Both the position numbers and the translations under genes were made by a program. Shown one piece after another: positions 10,217 through 19,801 of a stretch of 64,000 bases of DNA; within the stretch, counting starts at the first letter, position 1; each line of letters starts with the position of its first letter. The stretch is from an uncultured candidate division Zixibacteria bacterium. Its GTDB lineage: Bacteria > Zixibacteria > MSB-5A5 > GN15 > PGXB01. The notes under the pieces are model-generated. The model was not told the origin of the DNA, searched no databases, and was given only the letters and a program-made list of their open reading frames with translations. The stretch spans positions 3,520,001-3,584,000 of the forward strand of contig OY969724.1 in assembly GCA_963702205.1 (NCBI GenBank), read 5' to 3'.

Positions 10217-11901
10217 ATGGACGCGCAGACGACCAAAATCATAATTGTCGATGACGAAGAAATAGTCCTCTCCCTTGCACACGACGCCCTCGAAGACAGC
10301 GGCTATGAAATAGAACTGGCCAGGAGTGCTGATGAGGCCGTTCAAAAGCTGGAAAAAGGGTTCTTTGATTTTATCCTGACAGACATTCGTATGCCCGATT
10401 GCGACGGCATTCAGCTGGCCCGCATGGCTCGGCAGTTGATCCCTTCAATCGGCGTTATGTTCATGACCGGCTATGCCAACCTGAATTCCGCCAAGGATGC
10501 CATCAAGGAAGGCGCTTATGATTATATCATGAAGCCGTTCGAGTTAAACGAGATCAGACAGGCCGTCAAAAACGCCATCGGCAAGAAAAAGAACGAAACC
10601 GAAAAGACTCTGAATAACGAACTCAGCAGGCTTTCGGAACTGAACGAACTCATGTACACCATGGGGGACCGCAAATCGCTCGTGCGCCTCTCCCTCGGAT
10701 TCGCCATGATGCAGGCGCGGGCCTCGCGGGGAGCCATTGTTTTCAAGACTGGCGCCAAAAACGACGTCGAAGTAATCTCCACGGCCAACCTTGCCGGAAA
10801 CGATTTTGTCGAATCGATCATCTCACTTGAAAAAGACTATTTCTCACGATTGACCCCTGACCTCGACGTGCCCGCCATAATTGGTTCCCTGGACGAACAT
10901 CCGCTGTACAAAATGTACAGGTGACCGGAGCATGGCGAGCTTCCTTATTCCGCCATGGTTCAAAGAGTCGGATCAACTGGTCAACATTGCCCTCAAACGA
11001 GGCTCCCGACTGTTCGGAATGCTGATTATGGGCTACCAGGATGATTCGGATACGCTTAAAGGAAGTGACCTGAAATTTCTCGGAATCACGGCCAGCCAGA
11101 TCGCCATTTCGCTGGAAAATATCGCCTTGTTGGAGGATTCCCGCCACGCCTATGCCCGTCTCAAGGACCTTCAGGATCAGACCATACAGCTCGAAAAAAT
11201 GGCCGCCAAAGGCGAAATGTCGGCCGAGATTGGTCACGAACTCAACAATTTTCTCGGCGTCGTATCCGGCAACCTGTCGCTGATGGAACATCATCTTCAG
11301 AAAAAAAATTACGACGATCTGGAGAAATACCTGAAAGCTATTATCGCGAACCTGGAACAGATGAAAAAATTCACTTCCAACCTTATGGATTATTCCGGGA
11401 CCGACGGCGACTATACTATATGCAATATCAATGATCTAATCGACAACATCATTCAGTACCCTTCTGGCCCAAAAGAGAATGCATAATGTCGAAGTGAAAT
11501 TCGACCGGTCACAGGAAGATATTATTACCATGGCCGATAAAAGCCAGTTTCAGCAGCTTCTCTATAACCTTATCAACAACGCCGCCGATGCCACCCGCGA
11601 TAAGGCCGATACCGGCGGTACGGTCAGAGTCTCAACCGAGCTGTCGCGAGACGCCGGAAGTTTTACTTTGACCATCGAAGACGACGGCGTCGGATTTTCC
11701 CCGGAGCACCTCGAACACGCCTTTAATGCGAGATTTACGACCAAGGAAAACGGTCACGGTTTTGGGCTGTTGGTCTGTAAGAGAATTATAGAAAATCTTC
11801 ACGGACAACTGCACGTCGATTCTCAGCCCGGGTCAGGCACAAAAATAAACATTGACGTGCCGGTCAAATCCGAATCTAAACTGCCCGTCGCGGCTCTTTG
11901 A
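10217..11901 (+). CDS. Hybrid REC-GAF-histidine kinase, split by two apparent +1 frameshifts (~10910-10919 and ~11460)
   Basis: ORFs 10217-10924 (receiver), 10881-11486 (GAF end, H-box IGHELNN) and 11479-11901 (HATPase, GHGFGL) form one contiguous architecture. Confidence 0.8.
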
Positions 11902-11982
11902 TCCCAAGCTATATTTAAATAAAAAAGGCGGAATGCTCTATTACCGTCACATTCCGCCGGGAAAAAGGAAGAGACAAGGGTG

Positions 11983-13755
11983 TTACTTTTCCAGCGATAT
12001 CATAATGCCCCACTTTTGCGGATTCATGGGTGGCGATGCGTTAAAATCCGGGAAAGAATGCGAACCATCCGTAACATAGTAGGCGTAATAAGAACCCTTT
12101 TCGAGATAAATTGACTGATTGACCATGCGGTTCTTGTTGGCGCCCCCGGCGTGCCGGGTTTTGCGGTAGGTCATTTCCCAAACGACATCGCCGTTGTCGG
12201 CCTTTTCTATCCATCCATAATCGTACATATCGCCCGATGAACCTTCGCCCAAAGCGCTTATCCGCACCTTGCCGTCTTTATCCAGGGTGAATTTTTCACG
12301 AACGTCTTCATCGTTGCCGACTCCTGTCAAATCCACCAGGAAATTGGTATTTTTGGGCAGGTCCTCGAGGACTTCTATTTTGCTTTCATCGAAATCTTTG
12401 CCCACGCCGGAAATAGTAATGCCATACAGGTCCTTATCGATCGGCGGCGAGGCATTCCAGTCGCGGTAAGCGTGGGAATCATCCGTTACATAGTACACGG
12501 CATACGTGCCCGCCGGCAGCTTGATGTTACCGTCGAACTTCCTGTTTTTCCGCGCTCCCCCGGCGTGCTCGGTGTTGTCTGCCGTCATTTCCCAAACCAC
12601 TTCACTCGCATTATAATCTTCGATCCATCCGTAATCGGCAAAATTGTCGTCACTGCCTATTTCTCCGATCGCGAGAATATGCAGTTCCATCGGTTCTTTC
12701 AAGATAAAGCCCATCTGCTTGAACTGGCTGTTGCGGACTCGCGTGAGGGAAATTATCGTCTTCTGGGCGAATTGATCCTGATACTCGTGAATGTACTGCT
12801 TGTCGTTCGGATCGAGGGTGTATAAAACCATGCCATAGTGCAAAGGATCGTACGGCGGCGGGACGTTCCAGGCGCCGAAACTATGACTGTCGTCGGTTCC
12901 GACAAAGGCCAGGTAATTTCCTGCCGGGAGCTCTATTTCGCCCACGAAACCGCGATTTTTCCGGCCGCCTCCCGCCCACGACGTGTTCCAGCGATCCATC
13001 GACCAGATTTTTTCTCTCGTGTCGGCGTTTATGATCCAGCCGTAATCGACAAAAATCCGATCACCGCTGGAATACTCGCCTATAGCATCGATCTTGATCT
13101 TCATATCGCGATCGAGGGTGAAGCCTTTCTTTTCGTAAAAGTCGTCATCGGGTTTGGACAGGTCGACAAAGGAGTTTTCTTCCTGAATTTTGACCGGATC
13201 GTATTTCTCGAAACTTCCTTCGGGCGCATTGATCGTCATCATTATCAGGTCCGAGTCTTCGGTATATTCGCCATCGTATTTTCGGACTTCGTCGCTGTCA
13301 AAAATGTCACCGATAATTTCGAAGACGCCGTCCAGACCCTTCAAATTGGTCGAAATTCCTGAAAAATAATAGGGGCTGCCAACATAAAAATAGGCTTCAT
13401 AGCTGCCCGGATCCAGCGTCAATTCACCGGAATATTCCCTGAGATACTTGGACCTTTTGTAACGTTCGGTATCATCGGCGTTGAGCACCCAAACCGGTTC
13501 CCTGCTTTTGGCATCCAGAATCCAACCGTAAGCGAACATCTCATCCGAGTATTTGGATTCGGCTCCGATCGCCTCGATTGAAAGTCTGGTCTTTTCCTTT
13601 AACTTAAAGCCATCGACGGCCAGGTCGCCAGTTCTGAAATCCCGCATGTCTATTACCGTCTCGCCGGCTTTGGCGGTGGTGGTACCGAAAGCGACTATAA
13701 TCGGAAGAACCACGACCACAACAGCCGTCCCCAGCAAGGCCTTAATTTTCGCCAA
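11983..13755 (-). CDS. Exported hypothetical protein built from four tandem ~100-140 aa repeats
   Basis: N-terminal signal/TM; repeated F.L....I.A.GE..DYGWI..W.M...HAGG..KNR..L..G.Y..TD.SH...WN..PP motif. Confidence 0.75.
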   Translation of the reverse strand: MAKIKALLGTAVVVVVLPIIVAFGTTTAKAGETVIDMRDFRTGDLAVDGFKLKEKTRLSIEAIGAESKYSDEMFAYGWILDAKSREPVWVLNADDTERYKRSKYLREYSGELTLDPGSYEAYFYVGSPYYFSGISTNLKGLDGVFEIIGDIFDSDEVRKYDGEYTEDSDLIMMTINAPEGSFEKYDPVKIQEENSFVDLSKPDDDFYEKKGFTLDRDMKIKIDAIGEYSSGDRIFVDYGWIINADTREKIWSMDRWNTSWAGGGRKNRGFVGEIELPAGNYLAFVGTDDSHSFGAWNVPPPYDPLHYGMVLYTLDPNDKQYIHEYQDQFAQKTIISLTRVRNSQFKQMGFILKEPMELHILAIGEIGSDDNFADYGWIEDYNASEVVWEMTADNTEHAGGARKNRKFDGNIKLPAGTYAVYYVTDDSHAYRDWNASPPIDKDLYGITISGVGKDFDESKIEVLEDLPKNTNFLVDLTGVGNDEDVREKFTLDKDGKVRISALGEGSSGDMYDYGWIEKADNGDVVWEMTYRKTRHAGGANKNRMVNQSIYLEKGSYYAYYVTDGSHSFPDFNASPPMNPQKWGIMISLEK

Positions 13756-13840
13756 AATTTCTCCTTTCCCTGTATATGAAACTCATACTAATCTGGTTTA
13801 CGAATCCGTAGGTTAAGAGTTTCAAGAGTTTGGCCTGATT

Positions 13841-13875
13841 ATCATCGCCCCGCAGATGATCCGCGGGGCGATGAT
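13841..13875. terminator. Strong stem-loop between pmbA-like gene and repeat-protein gene
   Basis: ATCATCGCCCCGC-9 nt-GCGGGGCGATGAT perfect inverted repeat. Confidence 0.55.
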
Positions 13876-13889
13876 TTTGGCAAAAATTA

Positions 13890-15242
13890 TTAAAAGTCGG
13901 TGGTCCCTGTGAATTTGAAGGAACCCAGATGCAGGGCCGGTACCGCCAGACAGCCGACGGCATCCCACCACGACGGAATCAACTGCCGGTCTTTCGAAAT
14001 GCCTTTAACATTCGAGAAGGCCCGGATAATCGAATCGGTGAAGCGCAGGTTTTTGATACCGTGTTGGATTTCGCCGTTTTCCACCCAGAACGTGCCGTCG
14101 CGGGTCATCCCGGTCAAGACGGCTTTGGGCGTATCGATAAAGCCGTTGAGGTAGTGGAAACGAGTAATCAAAATTCCGCGCGGCATCGAGTGCAGCATTT
14201 CATCTCTCGCTTTGTCTCCCGGAGCCATAAACAGGTTCAGGGCTATCGCTCCTTCCCCCTGGCTGTCGGCAGTCAGGGCATGACCGGTGGATTGAGTCCC
14301 CGCTCGGGCGGCGGAAGTGCGGTCATACACGACCCCTTTGGGAACGCCTTTATCGACGAAGACCACTTTCTTTTTGGGCACACCTTCGAAGTCGAACGGT
14401 ATCGCGATGCCGCTCGGATCGTTGCCGTCGTCATAGATCGTTATGGAATCGTCCATGATCTTCTTGTCGAGATTGTGGGCGATAAACGACGTCTTCTCTT
14501 CGAACGCCTTGGAACCGAACGCAATATAGTTGGTCCATTCCATCGCTTCGGCTACGGCCGCCGGTTCGAGGATGACTTCGTATTCCCCTTCCTTGAGCGG
14601 TTTCGGCTTTTTCGCTTTGTACGCCTTTTCGACCGCAATATCGGCCAGAGCAACGGGGTCAATGTCTGCGACATTGCGCGACATGCCGCTGGCATAACCC
14701 GACGACGAGTTAGACATGGCGATTACATTGAGACTGGAGCCGGTCACCGGCTGATAGCAGCGCACTCCGTTGGTATTGAATACGGCTATTTCGCCTTCGC
14801 CGGTCGAGAAAGCTCCGGCCATCGTGAACTTGCGGCGATTGGAACGATAGATCATCTTTTTGACCATGCGGGCCCGGTCATTGGGCTTATAATTGGCGGT
14901 CGCCTCGAAATACGTTTTTATATCAGCGTACGCCTCGGGCCCAGGTAAACCCTGAAAATACTTGTTGTCCTTTTGGTATTTCGAAATCTCGATGGCGTTT
15001 TTAAGCGTCGCCTTAAGATCGTTTAAGGCCATGGAATTGGTCGAGGCCACACCGATTTTTTTGCCGCGTATCGCCCGGAACATAATCGTCGCATTGGTTT
15101 CGTGGACGTTTTGGTGAATCGTCGAATTGGCGTAACGGGTCAGCCCGGTGTCTCTGCCGATAAAGACGATTTCGGTCTGGTCGGCTTTCGATGATTTAGC
15201 CACCGTTTCAAAAGTCGAAAATATCTTGTCTTTGCCTATCAT
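13890..15242 (-). CDS. TldD/PmbA family protein (PmbA/TldE-like subunit)
   Basis: FDFEGVP, STGHA, LTGMTRDGTFWVENGEI motifs; overlaps the tldD stop. Confidence 0.85.
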   Translation of the reverse strand: MIGKDKIFSTFETVAKSSKADQTEIVFIGRDTGLTRYANSTIHQNVHETNATIMFRAIRGKKIGVASTNSMALNDLKATLKNAIEISKYQKDNKYFQGLPGPEAYADIKTYFEATANYKPNDRARMVKKMIYRSNRRKFTMAGAFSTGEGEIAVFNTNGVRCYQPVTGSSLNVIAMSNSSSGYASGMSRNVADIDPVALADIAVEKAYKAKKPKPLKEGEYEVILEPAAVAEAMEWTNYIAFGSKAFEEKTSFIAHNLDKKIMDDSITIYDDGNDPSGIAIPFDFEGVPKKKVVFVDKGVPKGVVYDRTSAARAGTQSTGHALTADSQGEGAIALNLFMAPGDKARDEMLHSMPRGILITRFHYLNGFIDTPKAVLTGMTRDGTFWVENGEIQHGIKNLRFTDSIIRAFSNVKGISKDRQLIPSWWDAVGCLAVPALHLGSFKFTGTTDF

Positions 15243-16681
15243 TTGCTCACCCCCACCTTGATCTGGCGGAACCGAGCTGGCGACGTTCCGTGCGCCACGT
15301 GGGCCGATTGCATCGGCTCTCCCTTCCCGCAGTTGGGCACGCCCCACACATGCCAGTTATTTTTATTGCAGATAGCATCGCAGGAATTCCAGAACTTGGG
15401 CGTCATGGCCGTGTAAAGAGGGTTTTTGTACATCTTGCCCAGCTTGCCATTCTTGATTTCCCAGGCACACTCCACACCGAACTGGAAATTGAGCCGCTGA
15501 TCGTCGATCGACCACGACTTATTGGCATCGAAGAAAATGCCGTCGGCGGTATCGGCGATTAGATCGTCAAGCTCCCATTCGCCCGGTTCAAGATTGATAT
15601 TGGTCATGCGAATGAGCGGTACCCGGTTCCACCCGTCGGCTCGCATCGTACCGTTGGAGCGCTGACCGATAACCGGTGCGGTCTCGCGACTGGTTTGATA
15701 CCCGACATGCACGCCGTTTTGAATTATCGGAGCCCGCTGCGCCTTGACACCTTCGTCGTCGTAACCGAACGACCCGAGGCCGCCTTCGACCGTAGCATCG
15801 GCGAAAATGTTGACGATGTCGGAACCGTACTTGAGCTTGTTCAAGCCGTCGATCTGCATGAATGAACCGCCGGCCAGCGAAATTTCGGTCCCGAGAACGC
15901 GGTCGAGTTCGGTCGGATGACCGCACGATTCATGTACCTGCAAAGCCATCTGCGAACCGCAGATGATAATGTCCTTGACCGTATCGGGACAAGCCTCGGC
16001 GGTCAGAAGCTGTAACGCTTCCTCGCGCACCCGGTCGACGTGATCCGGCAATTTCAGGCTTTCGATAAATTCATAACCCAGGGTCGCGAAATCGCCCCTG
16101 TGCGAGTTTGGATATGAGCGCTTTTGCACGTCGTTGCCGTCGTACGCTATGGCCTCATACCCGGCACCGGATTCGAGCAGGTCCTGTTCGATCTCGGCGC
16201 CTTCAGTGGAACAGAAAACCTTGTTGTACTTGAAAAAGTCCATCGACCCCGAAGCCGTCTTGATGCGGTCGTCGGTTTTGAGTTTGTCGCAGATTTCCAG
16301 CAGCAGGCCCATCTTTTCATCGAGCGGGACAGCGAACGGGTCTTTGGCAAACCTGGTCTTGTAATGATCCTTGAACGCTTCCTGTTCGGCGAGACGGACC
16401 GCCTCTTTCTTGGTTGTGGCCGAGGCACGGGCTATCTGAAGAGCCTTGTTGGCGGTTTTCTTGATATCGCCATCCCTGGTCGACGCGATCGAGGCAAAGC
16501 CCCAGGCCCCGTTATAGAGCACCCGGACGCCGACCCCGACATTGACTTCGCGGTTGAGCGTATCGACCGTGCCGTCGGTCACCCGGACGGATTCGGTTTC
16601 CTTCCGGACGTACCGGCAATCGGCATAATCGACCGATTTGCCTTTGAGCCAGTCGAGCGCGTTTGATAATTTATCTTTCAT
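15239..16681 (-). CDS. tldD: TldD family metalloprotease
   Basis: HESCGH metal-binding motif, YDDEGV, RMTNINL, CGKGEP. Confidence 0.88.
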   Translation of the reverse strand: MKDKLSNALDWLKGKSVDYADCRYVRKETESVRVTDGTVDTLNREVNVGVGVRVLYNGAWGFASIASTRDGDIKKTANKALQIARASATTKKEAVRLAEQEAFKDHYKTRFAKDPFAVPLDEKMGLLLEICDKLKTDDRIKTASGSMDFFKYNKVFCSTEGAEIEQDLLESGAGYEAIAYDGNDVQKRSYPNSHRGDFATLGYEFIESLKLPDHVDRVREEALQLLTAEACPDTVKDIIICGSQMALQVHESCGHPTELDRVLGTEISLAGGSFMQIDGLNKLKYGSDIVNIFADATVEGGLGSFGYDDEGVKAQRAPIIQNGVHVGYQTSRETAPVIGQRSNGTMRADGWNRVPLIRMTNINLEPGEWELDDLIADTADGIFFDANKSWSIDDQRLNFQFGVECAWEIKNGKLGKMYKNPLYTAMTPKFWNSCDAICNKNNWHVWGVPNCGKGEPMQSAHVAHGTSPARFRQIKVGVSK

Positions 16682-16817
16682 CCTTCCTCCAAAACACGGA
16701 TTGATATTTCACATGCAGAAATTACGGATTTTTAATTTACGAGTTTTGAAAAATAAAATCAAGGAGGGAAAATAAAACCAAAATCGTAAAATCCGAGGTT
16801 AATTCAAAAATGTCAAC

Positions 16818-16862
16818 TCGTAAATTACGATTTGAAATTCGTTGGTCCTCGTAAATTACGAG
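16818..16862. promoter_or_regulatory. Tandem palindromic enhancer (UAS) sites, copy 1
   Basis: TCGTAAATTACGA at 16818-16830 and 16849-16861; centres 31 bp apart. Confidence 0.75.
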
Positions 16863-16960
16863 ATAACCTCCTTAACATCTATCTGCTCTATCTTTATGTA
16901 TTCATAAATTTGACGTTTATTGACAAAGGCTTACGAGCCAATTTTTTGTCACATTCATTA

Positions 16961-16977
16961 TCGGCACAAATCTTGAT
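16961..16977 (+). promoter_or_regulatory. Sigma-54-type -24/-12 promoter, copy 1
   Basis: TCGGCACAAATCTTGAT (GG-N10-GA); GG lies 108 bp after the centre of the proximal palindrome. Confidence 0.65.
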
Positions 16978-16995
16978 TTACAATTTTATGACATC

Positions 16996-17103
16996 ATGAC
17001 AGGTAGACATACCCAGCCTGTACCTATTGGTTAATCGAGGCCGGAAATACATCGGGCCGGTCGGATGGCGACCGCCCGATCCGGCCATAAATTGGAAGGG
17101 GGT
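16996..17103 (+). ncRNA. Conserved structured 5' leader (short uORF plus 48-nt bulged hairpin), copy 1
   Basis: Near-identical to 22159-22271; stem GGCCGG..ATCGGGC..GCCCGAT CCGGCC at 17039-17086. Confidence 0.5.
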
Positions 17104-17186
17104 TTATTATTGGATTATTGGATCGAAAATTCACGCGGTTTAATCCGCAGAAATCATTTGCATTTTTAAAGTGGAAGGAGTAAACT

Positions 17187-18113
17187 ATGTTTAAGGGAAG
17201 GCTCTTTAAAGCAGTTTCATTGTTAATCGTGGTGGCCATGATGAACCTTATGGTAGCATGTAGCACATCCAAAGCCCCGACCGGGGAAAATTCGTCAATT
17301 GATAAAAATCGGATTGATTCAGCGCCGCTGACCGGCGCAGATAATATGGACACACAAATTCAGTATGTAGGCAATAACACGATTAAAACCTTCGAGTTAC
17401 CGAATGGGGTCAGCATTGACATAACTGACTACAAAGTTTCCGATGACAACTATGTTATAAGATTCCAATATAATTCGTCCGGCATTATCGTAATCCGCGA
17501 CGCCGTCATTTCGTTCGATTTTACAAAATTAAATCTATATGATCTTTTTGGTAACAGGATTTATCATTACGCCGTCAATTTGGCGGAGGACAGCAATTCC
17601 GTCGATTTTACGTATGACACAGATCAGGATGAACTCATTGTTTCTTATTACACCAATGAAACGAGGCGAAGATACGAATTCATGGGCGATGTTGTCGATA
17701 TTTCATTTGAAAACGAAGATCAATTGGACAGCGCAGGATGGTTATTTCAGAATTATACGGAAGAAAACAAGTTCATATTATCGCAGGATGATCTTGCATT
17801 ATACGAAAAAATAGCCAGCGTAAATCAATTGTTTTCGGCACCAAGTTCATTTACGGATAATACAGACGCCGAGGTTTCAGCTTATATGGTAGGATATGAA
17901 CCGTTTATAAAGTGGGCATTCACGCATGACAATGAGCCATCAATGAAAATGAAATATCCAAAATGGTGGAATCCGTTTTGTCATGTTGCAAATTACGCGA
18001 CACTAACGTGTGCCTGCTGGTTTACGGGTTTGTGCATAATCATTTGCGTCCCGGCTGTCGGAATTTCAATAGTGTGCGAAGTCACATATTGGTATGATGT
18101 CTTTAGCAAATAG
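17187..18113 (+). CDS. Lipoprotein with C-terminal Cys-rich hydrophobic peptide (putative bacteriocin/toxin precursor)
   Basis: Lipobox MVAC; tail PKWWNPFCHVANYATLTCACWFTGLCIIICVPAVGISIVC; paralog of 22362-23273. Confidence 0.6.
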   Translation: MFKGRLFKAVSLLIVVAMMNLMVACSTSKAPTGENSSIDKNRIDSAPLTGADNMDTQIQYVGNNTIKTFELPNGVSIDITDYKVSDDNYVIRFQYNSSGIIVIRDAVISFDFTKLNLYDLFGNRIYHYAVNLAEDSNSVDFTYDTDQDELIVSYYTNETRRRYEFMGDVVDISFENEDQLDSAGWLFQNYTEENKFILSQDDLALYEKIASVNQLFSAPSSFTDNTDAEVSAYMVGYEPFIKWAFTHDNEPSMKMKYPKWWNPFCHVANYATLTCACWFTGLCIIICVPAVGISIVCEVTYWYDVFSK

Positions 18114-18122
18114 GAGGGGAAA

Positions 18123-18368
18123 ATGCCTTATGTCGTCAGCGTATTAAGTCTGCTATCTATGCTTTGCGGGGTGGTATTCATAATTATTGGATATTCACAA
18201 CACAATCCCGAAAAAAGCCTGTTCAGTTTTAAAAACCCCTTTAACCCGCTCAAAATGCGGCCATGGTTTAAAAGTAACTGGGGATACAAATTCGGTATAT
18301 CCGGCGGCTTTTTATTAGCATTTGGCGGATTACTTGGATTGGTTCGCCAATGGATAATGAAGGGTTAA
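18123..18368 (+). CDS. Small two-TM membrane protein (putative immunity protein)
   Basis: SD GGAGG; TM, basic loop, WF..WGY, TM; immediately downstream of the lipoprotein gene. Confidence 0.6.
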   Translation: MPYVVSVLSLLSMLCGVVFIIIGYSQHNPEKSLFSFKNPFNPLKMRPWFKSNWGYKFGISGGFLLAFGGLLGLVRQWIMKG

Positions 18369-18395
18369 GTATATCTAAGCGAAGATATACGCAAT

Positions 18396-18434
18396 ATTGA
18401 TGGTCAGGTGCCACCTGCGCACCTGATCATCAAT
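18396..18434. repeat. REP-like palindrome
   Basis: ATTGATGGTCAGGTGC..GCACCTGATCATCAAT; GTCAGGT/ACCTGA arms shared with the hairpins at 42242 and 43487. Confidence 0.5.
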
Positions 18435-18535
18435 AGAAAGTTATGTGAAGCGATTACATCAATTGTTGTCGTTTGCTATGTCACAAAAATTACCGGCGCG
18501 GACGCGGCGGCGCCTTAAAAGAATGAAAGGACAAT

Positions 18536-18772
18536 ATGGCACAGCATTTAACAAAATGGTCTCTGCCGCAATTCATCATCACTGTCATTATGGGCGCCTT
18601 ACTATTTAAAGGCGCGGACTATCTCCTTAAATCAGGAAATGGCGACACTCTGGTTATTGCAAGCGGTATGTTAATTACAGTCGGCTACTCAGATTTAATA
18701 ACGGTTTTGCTCAGGCTATGCAAGAAGGAAAAGTCTGAAAAAAAGCGGGCCGAGCCGCAGAATCAATCCTGA
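18536..18772 (+). CDS. Small two-TM membrane protein
   Basis: SD AAGGA; two hydrophobic helices and a basic tail. Confidence 0.5.
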   Translation: MAQHLTKWSLPQFIITVIMGALLFKGADYLLKSGNGDTLVIASGMLITVGYSDLITVLLRLCKKEKSEKKRAEPQNQS

Positions 18773-18799
18773 TTGCTTCCGTTTGAAAGGAGTCATAGT

Positions 18800-19090
18800 A
18801 TGGGTGTAATTTCTATAATCCTTCAAATTGTATCGTTGGCAGCTTTGGTTGCCGGATTGATCCTTATGGTCTCTTCGCGCAAATACAGAACACAGGAATA
18901 TCCACGGATGACTTTAGCGAACTTGTTTAATCCCAAATACTGGATCCCGTTCTGGAAAGCGCAGCAGTGGTTTACTCCGGGCGGCTTCAGGATGTATTTT
19001 TGCGGGGTGATTTTTGCCGAACTTGGCGCAATTACATTATTAATTAATAGCTACCTTGAACACGGGCAAATACTGGGGATAAGATTTTAA
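18800..19090 (+). CDS. Small two-TM membrane protein (putative immunity paralog)
   Basis: SD AAGGAG before the ATG at 18800; TM, basic loop with FNP, WFTPGGF, TM; resembles 18123-18368. Confidence 0.6.
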   Translation: MGVISIILQIVSLAALVAGLILMVSSRKYRTQEYPRMTLANLFNPKYWIPFWKAQQWFTPGGFRMYFCGVIFAELGAITLLINSYLEHGQILGIRF

Positions 19091-19188
19091 AGATTCGGTT
19101 GCGCTGGAGATGACGTGCGATCTCCGCTCTATCGGTGTAACCGGTTACGCCGCATTCACTTTGTCAATTTTTGTCACAATATTACTCC

Positions 19189-19217
19189 TTGACAAAGTTT
19201 TAATCACTTTATATAAT
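19189..19217 (+). promoter_or_regulatory. Consensus sigma-70 promoter for the propeptide/activator operon
   Basis: TTGACA-17 bp-TATAAT, exact consensus. Confidence 0.75.
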
Positions 19218-19456
19218 TTTATAGAAATAGGCCAAAAGGGCTGGGATTATATTTCTAAGATTCTTTCAACGTCTGTCCGATAATTAAACCAGCCATATAA
19301 ATGGTCACAATTGAACGGGGGTGGATCGTTTTATTTTCTGAAGCGGCATCATTGAAGCGACATCACAATTGGTTCGAAAGCAAATTTAACAAATTAAAGA
19401 TAAGACCTCACACATACGGGGGATGTGAATAAAATCTAATTGGTGAGGAGACAAAT

Positions 19457-19801
19457 ATGAAAATGATAAAGACGACTTTCGCGGCAATATTGCTGATGTT
19501 GTTGTTAACCTCAATATCTTCAGCCTGGCAACCGCCGCCGATTAATGGGCCGATTAGAATAAGTGATGTTGATGGACATCCGTGGGGAGGAACTTCTGTT
19601 GAATGTGATATTCTGAATCCATCTGAAAAAGCTTATTCGTTGAATGAAAATATTGGATTTCTGATTGAATCAGCATCAATCAACTTGATACAACTGATAT
19701 TCCCCAACTTTAAAATTAGCATTAGCGGGAAAACCGACAATTTAATAAATTGGAATAGGGTATCATCGGAAGATGAAAGAAACAATAGCGGAAAACCTTA
19801 A
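19457..19801 (+). CDS. Small secreted protein (putative signalling propeptide, DGHPWGG motif)
   Basis: SD GAGGAG; Sec signal MKMIKTTFAAILLMLLLTSISSA; overlaps the start of the downstream activator. Confidence 0.6.
   Translation: MKMIKTTFAAILLMLLLTSISSAWQPPPINGPIRISDVDGHPWGGTSVECDILNPSEKAYSLNENIGFLIESASINLIQLIFPNFKISISGKTDNLINWNRVSSEDERNNSGKP

Noticed and set aside
10217..11901. Pseudogene or programmed-frameshift call for the split hybrid kinase and other split genes
   Set aside because: No slippery heptamers, no in-frame stops or other decay; all breaks fit single-base insertions at GTAC, which favours a sequencing artefact.
17039..17103. Leader hairpin as a c-di-GMP or other known riboswitch
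   Set aside because: It lacks the conserved motifs I would expect (e.g. GGCAAA / GNRA tetraloop-receptor layout); left as an unknown RNA.
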